Source: an uncultured Spirochaetales bacterium
Lineage (GTDB): Bacteria > Spirochaetota > Spirochaetia > CAYLLE01
DNA length: 64,000 nt
Direction of reading: 5' to 3'
Assembly: GCA_964384485.1 (NCBI GenBank)
Contig: CAYLLE010000001.1
Location: 40,589-104,588, forward strand
Positions within the stretch are counted from its first letter, which is position 1. Every line of letters begins with the position of its first letter. Below, one piece after another: positions 58,368-64,000 of this stretch. The notes under the pieces were generated by a model. That model was not told the DNA's origin. It made no database searches and was given only the letters and a program-made list of their open reading frames with translations. Made by a program: the position numbers and the translations under genes.

Positions 58368-58664
58368 TTAACTTTGGGTAGAATTGTTTTCTTCTTCTGC
58401 CCGCTCAGCTGCTTCTTCTTTTTTTGCTTCCATTTTGTCTTTTAAATCAGCTATACCAATAAATATTGCTATAAGTCCGATTAAAAGGGCAATTATGGGG
58501 ATACCGCCTTTGAGAAATATGAGTACCTCATCCCACCATTGTAAGGACCACTGTACATCGAGTACTGAATAAACAGAAAAAAGAACAAAAACGATACCAA
58601 CTAGCAAAGCTACCATGCTATTCCTCCTAAGGACGATCACTAATTTTATAATATGCGGTTTCAA
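58368..58664 (-). CDS. small membrane protein (two TM helices, Lys/Glu-rich C-terminal tail)
   Basis: Hydrophobic segments MVALLVGIVFVLFSVYSV and GIPIIALLIGLIAIFIGI. The real start is probably an internal Met, giving about 81 aa. Confidence 0.5.
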   Translation of the reverse strand: MKPHIIKLVIVLRRNSMVALLVGIVFVLFSVYSVLDVQWSLQWWDEVLIFLKGGIPIIALLIGLIAIFIGIADLKDKMEAKKEEAAERAEEENNSTQS

Positions 58665-58837
58665 TTAAAGATTACCTAATTTATCGTGACTGTCAAGTCA
58701 AAAATTTCCTGTACCATTATATACCCAGCGAATCCCGGTCAACTCCCTCTGTGATTGAGAAGCGGCCATAATTTCATATAATATGTAAATTTAGGTCGGG
58801 GGGACCGGTATTTGCCGGGTATTTTTTTCCGTGGAAA

Positions 58838-58931
58838 AACGGCAATTTCCGGTGATCCCGATATACGTAATTGCTTGTAATAATACAATTTATCAATTTT
58901 AATGCGAATGTGATCACCGGAAATTGCCGTT
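58838..58931. repeat. perfect 20-bp inverted repeat (AACGGCAATTTCCGGTGATC) flanking a 54-nt AT-rich spacer, upstream of M48 peptidase gene
   Basis: The left arm is 58838-58857 and the right arm 58912-58931, exact reverse complements. The spacer contains TTGTA-ataa-TACAA. It ends 52 nt before the ATG at 58983. Confidence 0.5.
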
Positions 58932-58982
58932 ACATACCCGCCCTTCTTGTTAATTCAATCAGAATGGAATATCATTTATGTT

Positions 58983-60008
58983 ATGCATCACGTGAAAAAA
59001 GTAAGATTCCCTGAAATTGATCATGTTACCTGGGAACATCCTGCTGACCGGGCAGCGTTAGGCACCCTGGATCAGTTTTCAGGAATTATCAATACAATTA
59101 AGAGCTTTCTCGGCCTAACTTCCGGGAATTCTGTCCGCCTGCTTTTTACGGCATCGGCAGTTAAGGTGTCCGATCGGCAGTTTCCGGAATTACACCGGCA
59201 AATAGAAGAAGCTTCCGACATCCTTGATGCGCCGGAGATTCCGGAAGTGTTTGTGACCCAGAATCCTGCAGTAAACGGCGCAACGTACGGTTTCGACAAA
59301 CCTTTTGTAGTTATTAATTCAGGATCTCTGGAACTGCTCGACAAGGACGAAATCGGCGTCATGCTGGCACATGAACTCGGCCACGCGCTTTCGGGTCACG
59401 GGCCGTACAAAACGATACTCTGGTTTCTTGTAAACGCTTCTTCTGTCATAATCAAGGAGATACCCGGGGGAACCGCGGTACTTCAGACACTGGTGCTTCT
59501 CCTCCGGGAATGGAGCCGGAAGAGCGAATTAAGCGCGGATCGTGCGTCCCTTCTCGCCATACAGGACGCGGATATCTGCTTCCGAACCCTCATGAAAACC
59601 GCCGGGGGCGCCAGGATTGGACAGATGAGTCTGGAAGAGTTTATGCAGCAGGCCTTGGAGTATGAAGCTTCCGGCAGTTTCCTGGAAGGTGTACAGAAAA
59701 TAATGAATGTTTTGAATCAGGATCATCCCTTTCCGGTAATCCGGCTAAAAGAATTAAAGGTCTGGCGGGATTCAGGAAGATATCAGAAAATCATTGAAGG
59801 CGAATACCCGCGAAGAGGTGATCCGAGGAGCCGGAAGCAGGAATTCAGGGAAGCGGCAGATCAATACCGCGATGATTGGAAAAACTCGGGCAATCCGGTT
59901 AACCGGCTCGCGGCGGATATAAGCCAGGGTATAGAAAAAACCGGCAGAGAGATTGAAGGGGTTTTCAAAGATCTCTTCGGCGGCAGCGGCACGCCTAAGG
60001 AAAAATAA
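58983..60008 (+). CDS. M48 family zinc metallopeptidase (HtpX/Ste24-like, soluble form)
   Basis: HEXXH motif ([13 protein letters not shown]) with a downstream Glu (SELSADRAS). The start was trimmed to the ATG at 58983. Confidence 0.75.
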   Translation: MHHVKKVRFPEIDHVTWEHPADRAALGTLDQFSGIINTIKSFLGLTSGNSVRLLFTASAVKVSDRQFPELHRQIEEASDILDAPEIPEVFVTQNPAVNGATYGFDKPFVVINSGSLELLDKDEIGVMLAHELGHALSGHGPYKTILWFLVNASSVIIKEIPGGTAVLQTLVLLLREWSRKSELSADRASLLAIQDADICFRTLMKTAGGARIGQMSLEEFMQQALEYEASGSFLEGVQKIMNVLNQDHPFPVIRLKELKVWRDSGRYQKIIEGEYPRRGDPRSRKQEFREAADQYRDDWKNSGNPVNRLAADISQGIEKTGREIEGVFKDLFGGSGTPKEK

Positions 60009-61035
60009 TCTGTACCTTTATACTTTTGTCATCCGGTGACACAGCGTACTCATAAGCTTTAATAGCATCATCAAACGGATACGTCTCGGTAATAAGCGGT
60101 TTTACATCTATTTTACCCGATCCCATTAGGTTAAGCGCCCTGGGATAAACATGGGCATACCGGAATACGGTATCGATCCGCGCCTCTTTCGCCTGGGCGG
60201 CCACCATATCCAATGCTACCGTTTCTATCGGCATCCCTATATAAACAACCCTTCCCCCGGGCCGGAGATAATTAAACAGGCCTTCCGCGGCCTTTTTGCT
60301 TCCGCTGGCTTCGAAGACAATATCTACCCCCCAGCCTCCGGTAATTTCTTTAATTTTCCCGGAGAGATCCTCTTTTTGGACGTTTACCGGAACAACCGGA
60401 CCGAATCCGGCAGCAATGTCAAGCTTGGGCTGTTTGATATCCGTAATAATTACCGTCGAACATCCGCCGGCCAAAGCCGCCATTGCGGTCACCATTCCGA
60501 TGGTACCGGCACCGATTACAAGCGCTATATCTCCCGGCCGTATTTCAGCCTTTGAAGCGGCGTGCATCCCTATTGCCAGGGGTTCTACCAGGGCGCCTTC
60601 TTCTAAAGAAACGCCCTCAGGCAGTTTGTACGTAAAGTCAGCCGGGTGAACAACCTCGGACCGGAGACAGCCGTGAACAGGCGGTGTCGCCCAGAAGGAA
60701 ACAGACGGGTCAAGGTTGTACATTCCCATCCGGGATTCCCTGCTCTTCGGATCAGGAATCCCCGGTTCCATGCAGACCCTGTCTCCCGGTTTTAAACGGG
60801 TGACATTTTTACCGACTTCGGAAATAATGCCGGATGCCTCGTGTCCGAGTATCATAGGTTCTTTCACGATAAAAGGTCCTATCTTGCCGTATTCATAATA
60901 ATGAATATCGCTTCCGCAAATTCCTACGGCCTTGATATCGATCCGAACATCATCATCACCTAATTTCTCATTCAGATCGACATCTCTTATCGCTAATTTA
61001 CCTTTCTCTTCCAAAACAAGTGCTTTCATTTTCAA
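59995..61035 (-). CDS. zinc-dependent alcohol dehydrogenase (MDR family; sorbitol/L-iditol or threonine dehydrogenase-like)
   Basis: [10 protein letters not shown] and GHEASG catalytic Zn motifs. GAGTIGM Rossmann motif. Structural Zn Cys residues are absent or modified. Confidence 0.85.
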   Translation of the reverse strand: MKMKALVLEEKGKLAIRDVDLNEKLGDDDVRIDIKAVGICGSDIHYYEYGKIGPFIVKEPMILGHEASGIISEVGKNVTRLKPGDRVCMEPGIPDPKSRESRMGMYNLDPSVSFWATPPVHGCLRSEVVHPADFTYKLPEGVSLEEGALVEPLAIGMHAASKAEIRPGDIALVIGAGTIGMVTAMAALAGGCSTVIITDIKQPKLDIAAGFGPVVPVNVQKEDLSGKIKEITGGWGVDIVFEASGSKKAAEGLFNYLRPGGRVVYIGMPIETVALDMVAAQAKEARIDTVFRYAHVYPRALNLMGSGKIDVKPLITETYPFDDAIKAYEYAVSPDDKSIKVQIIFP

Positions 61036-61063
61036 CCTTCCTCCCTAGTCCGATACATATAGC

Positions 61064-64000
61064 CTACTCTCGTCGTGTGGAAAATGTAAAGGGGTTATGC
61101 GCCAATTCCTGTTTTTTCCGTCCCCTTCCGATCATCACATAGAGTTCTTCGTTGGAGTACTTAGGTCCGCCGAATTTCGTTTCTGAATCTTCCGGTCGGC
61201 GGGACAGCCGTCTCCGGAGAACTATCTCTAGGACCAGCAGGAACAAAGCCGCCGCCAAGAAAAATAATAAATTCTCCCCGGTTTCGGTAAATTCCGTGTT
61301 ATCTTCCCACCAGCTATCTTGTCCCGGTGTAAACCGGGTAATCATCCGTCCTCCGGTCCGCCGGGCGATTACCGACAAAAGCTCCGTATCAGTTCCGAAT
61401 TTATTATATTCCTCCGGGTAGGGGATAGTGATGCTCTTGGTCCGGGCAAAATATTTTCCATCATCATCCGCGGCCGTTATAAAAAATATACCTTCCCCGG
61501 CCATCTCGAAGGTTCCTGAATATCTGCCTGGTGCTGTCTGTTTTAACGGAATAGATAGAGAACCGGTTCCCGGCCTGATGACTGAAGCGGTAAGATCAAG
61601 GTAATTAATATATCTTGATTCCAGATCCAGTGCTTCCAAAGTAATTTCTGCTCTATTTCCGTTATTCTGATGAATCGAAAGAGTAAGCTCCTCGGACTGA
61701 CCGGGCCTTTCCAGCCACCTAGTCAAGCGGGTAACAAATACCTCGAATCCATCCCAGGTTAATAATCTACTGCTCCATATCCCTTTCATATCGGCGGTAA
61801 AGGCGGCGCTTTTGCCTAATCCGTATCTCCAAAGTGAGAGGAGAGGGTTGCCCCCCGGCCCTTCAATAAGGAGATCACCCGCGTCTTTATTGTAGGTAAG
61901 TATAAGACCTTCGAAAACCGGGAGATCCGACGGCAGCTCCTGAGTCACCGGATGGGTATGGGTCTGTACCGGAACGAACGATTCTTCAAGTACAAATCCG
62001 CGGGACACGATAAGGGATTCTGTAGTAAAAAGCCGGGGAATCTCTGTGATTGAATCGGTGTGGTAATAGCGGCCTGCGCCTGCTTCAGCGATAGAGCGCA
62101 TGAGATCTTGATCGGCATCGTTTCCTACCGCGATAGTCGATATTGTTACGGATGAATTTTTATATAACGCAAGAAGTTCGGAAAAATTTTCTTTATCAGC
62201 TAACCCGTCGGAGAGAAGAACCACGTGTTTTACAGCCGATTCGGCGTCGGATACTGTTTTAAGTCCCTCCTCCAGGGCGGCGTATAAATTTGTGCCGCCT
62301 CCCGATTCCAATGTCGCCAGGCGGGAAACTATTTCATCCCGGTTTCCTGCCCGGGTCACCGGCACCGTCCACTCCCGGTCGGCATCAAAAGAAAGCATGC
62401 CGATTCCGTAGAAGGGATTCAGTATTTCTATTGAACGGAAAACCGCTTCTTTAACCAGATCGAGTTTGGTTTTATTAGTACTTGATGTTCCCCCCATACT
62501 GCCGGATTTATCAACGATAAACACGATGGTAAGACTTGGAATATCTTTAGAGGATGATACATCCATGGAAACAGGCAGCAAATCTTCAACAGGGGTACCG
62601 TAGTATCCTCCCAGGCCGAATGAGGAATCACCCCCAAGCATAAGAAATCCGCCTCCGCCGTGTTCAACGTAATCTTTCAGCATATTCATCTTGCTTAAAG
62701 AGATATCATGTCCCCCGACATTATCCATTACTATCAAATCATAAGACATGATCTTCTGCCGCTCCGCCGGTATCTCGGACGCATTGATCCTTTTTACGTT
62801 GAAATTTTGATTCCGCAGTACCTCAAAAGCGGGAACGGGTGAATCTGCTTCCGCAACATAAAGCACCGACGGTTCATCCTGCAGGATCACCGCTGTTTGG
62901 TACGAGTTGTTCCCCGCTATGGTATCTTCCCCGGATATTATAACCGCTTCATACTCATGGATTCCTCCGGTATCGATCTGCCCGGTATAGGTAAATACAT
63001 TTTCGCCGGGGGTTAGTAAAATCTCGGCTTCTCCAATGTATTCTCCGTCAAGATACAGTACAAGGGAAGCCGCGGTATCTATGTTTGATCCGACTACAAT
63101 AGACACAGTATGAGGTTTACCTTTCCGCACATCTTCAGGAAGTCTGATATGTTTTACCAATACTTCGGAACCTGTAAATCCTCCCGCTGGAACAGTGTAG
63201 ATCGGCACACCGGATCCAGCCGACGCATCGGCAGCACGGAGCGCGTTTCCGTCAGTTTCCAGCCCGTCCGACAGCAGGAAAATTTTCCCTCTCGTGTTCT
63301 CCTTCAGCATGGATAAAGCAAGCCGCACAGCTTTTTCGATATTGGTACCGCCGGACCCGGTGTCAGAATCGGAAAGAACCGGAGGAGCACTCGAAAGAGG
63401 TTTAACAGGCGAGGCGGAGGCACCGAAAGATATTACCGCGGTTTCCGTAGTTTCCGGCAAAGAAAAGGGTCCGTCTATTAGGTTTGCAAAGTTTTCTTTT
63501 ATTTTTCCATCGGGAACACTTTCTGATTCGTCAACAAGAAAAACAACTGAAACAGGCTTTATCTCTTTTGTAAATGAAAAGCCGGAAAGTGCCGCGGCAG
63601 CAGCGGCAATCGACAAGACCCTTAAAACAAGAAAAGGTACTGCCCTCCCTCTCCGGGGACGGATCCTTTTAATATAAACAATAAATTCTGTCACCAGGAA
63701 TGCTAATCCGGCTATAGCGAAGATTTGCCAGAGCGGATAGGCACTCGCCCTTTCAGAGGGAGTCAAATGCCCGGAAACAGGAGTGTCCTCCGCCGGATAA
63801 TCCGCGTCCATCTCGGACGGATCTTCCAGATTCACCGCCACCGGATATATTCTGTCATCCTGGATGATCCGGTATATTCCCGCGTTGCGGGGATAGTAGG
63901 TCATTTTGTCCGGATTAGTCACGGTTACCCTTGATCCGTCCGGAGTCATAATAACAATCGGGCCGGATCGGAATTGCGTTAAGGGCAGTTCCTCTCCCAG
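61064..64000 (-). CDS. Large membrane protein with two von Willebrand factor A domains flanking a class-I glutamine-amidotransferase-like domain (BatA-like). Its 5' end lies beyond the window.
   Basis: The reading frame stays open upstream of the ATG at 63949 to the window edge. VWA MIDAS motifs (VVFLVDESESV, IVFIVDKSGSMGG). GATase1/ThuA-like segment (YDLIVMDNVGGHDISL...GGGGFLMLGG). TM helices lie near the N-terminus (LWQIFAIAGLAFLVTEFIVYI) and C-terminus (LLFFLAAALFLLVLEIVL). Confidence 0.7.
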   Translation of the reverse strand: MGEELPLTQFRSGPIVIMTPDGSRVTVTNPDKMTYYPRNAGIYRIIQDDRIYPVAVNLEDPSEMDADYPAEDTPVSGHLTPSERASAYPLWQIFAIAGLAFLVTEFIVYIKRIRPRRGRAVPFLVLRVLSIAAAAAALSGFSFTKEIKPVSVVFLVDESESVPDGKIKENFANLIDGPFSLPETTETAVISFGASASPVKPLSSAPPVLSDSDTGSGGTNIEKAVRLALSMLKENTRGKIFLLSDGLETDGNALRAADASAGSGVPIYTVPAGGFTGSEVLVKHIRLPEDVRKGKPHTVSIVVGSNIDTAASLVLYLDGEYIGEAEILLTPGENVFTYTGQIDTGGIHEYEAVIISGEDTIAGNNSYQTAVILQDEPSVLYVAEADSPVPAFEVLRNQNFNVKRINASEIPAERQKIMSYDLIVMDNVGGHDISLSKMNMLKDYVEHGGGGFLMLGGDSSFGLGGYYGTPVEDLLPVSMDVSSSKDIPSLTIVFIVDKSGSMGGTSSTNKTKLDLVKEAVFRSIEILNPFYGIGMLSFDADREWTVPVTRAGNRDEIVSRLATLESGGGTNLYAALEEGLKTVSDAESAVKHVVLLSDGLADKENFSELLALYKNSSVTISTIAVGNDADQDLMRSIAEAGAGRYYHTDSITEIPRLFTTESLIVSRGFVLEESFVPVQTHTHPVTQELPSDLPVFEGLILTYNKDAGDLLIEGPGGNPLLSLWRYGLGKSAAFTADMKGIWSSRLLTWDGFEVFVTRLTRWLERPGQSEELTLSIHQNNGNRAEITLEALDLESRYINYLDLTASVIRPGTGSLSIPLKQTAPGRYSGTFEMAGEGIFFITAADDDGKYFARTKSITIPYPEEYNKFGTDTELLSVIARRTGGRMITRFTPGQDSWWEDNTEFTETGENLLFFLAAALFLLVLEIVLRRRLSRRPEDSETKFGGPKYSNEELYVMIGRGRKKQELAHNPFTFSTRRE

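Noticed and set aside
58838-58931. Inverted repeat interpreted as an insertion sequence
   Set aside because: The 94-bp element is too short to encode a transposase, and no flanking direct duplication is visible. It is reported as a repeat or regulatory element, with a MITE as one hypothesis.
1-64000. CRISPR arrays, tRNA/rRNA genes, prophage or transposase genes
   Set aside because: A scan of all intergenic regions longer than 80 nt found no regularly spaced direct repeats and no tRNA-like GTTC-containing cloverleaf candidates. No integrase or transposase-like ORFs were found. The window appears to contain none.

Overview
The window is a 64-kb piece of a bacterial chromosome with roughly 50% GC and very high coding density. 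The gene content points to an anaerobe: single-polypeptide pyruvate:ferredoxin oxidoreductase, radical SAM, an MttB-superfamily methyltransferase and many family-1 sugar ABC transporters. I lean towards a Spirochaetota-like saccharolytic organism, but the lineage cannot be fixed from sequence alone. No rRNA, tRNA, CRISPR array, transposase or integrase was recognised.

Coordinates 1 to about 28,600 carry mixed housekeeping, signalling and transport genes. These are a GAF-PAS adenylate cyclase, two ABC-2 exporter pairs, MgtC, an MFS transporter, a C-S lyase/MtnN/MFS operon, epmA-efp, an Rrf2 regulator, MscS, a fused pyrF-pyrE, an overlapping nicotinamidase-like/sirtuin pair, nifJ-type PFOR, an S9 peptidase and a thioesterase.

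Coordinates about 28,650 to 58,200 form a dense carbohydrate-utilisation region. It holds an LplABC-like sugar ABC transporter with a YesM-like histidine kinase. The AraC-type response regulator sits 13.7 kb away from that kinase. Glycoside hydrolases in the region include a GH2 beta-mannosidase-like enzyme, a GH28-like enzyme, two GH42-like enzymes and a large multidomain GH.

The segment between the kinase and the regulator holds two operons of unclear function. They combine an MttB-superfamily methyltransferase homologue, a uroporphyrinogen-decarboxylase-family (MtaA/CmuA-like) protein, a class-III aminotransferase, an M20 deacylase, two NAD(P) oxidoreductases and a xylose-isomerase-like TIM-barrel protein. 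No corrinoid protein is visible. This is the best candidate for an undescribed catabolic system in the window.

The right end carries an M48 peptidase preceded by a perfect 20-bp inverted repeat, a Zn-dependent alcohol dehydrogenase, and a giant VWA-domain membrane protein that runs off the window edge. Many ORF-track starts were trimmed to internal methionines on the basis of RBS position, ATGA overlaps and N-terminal conservation. All family assignments come from motif recognition by eye and have not been searched against any database.
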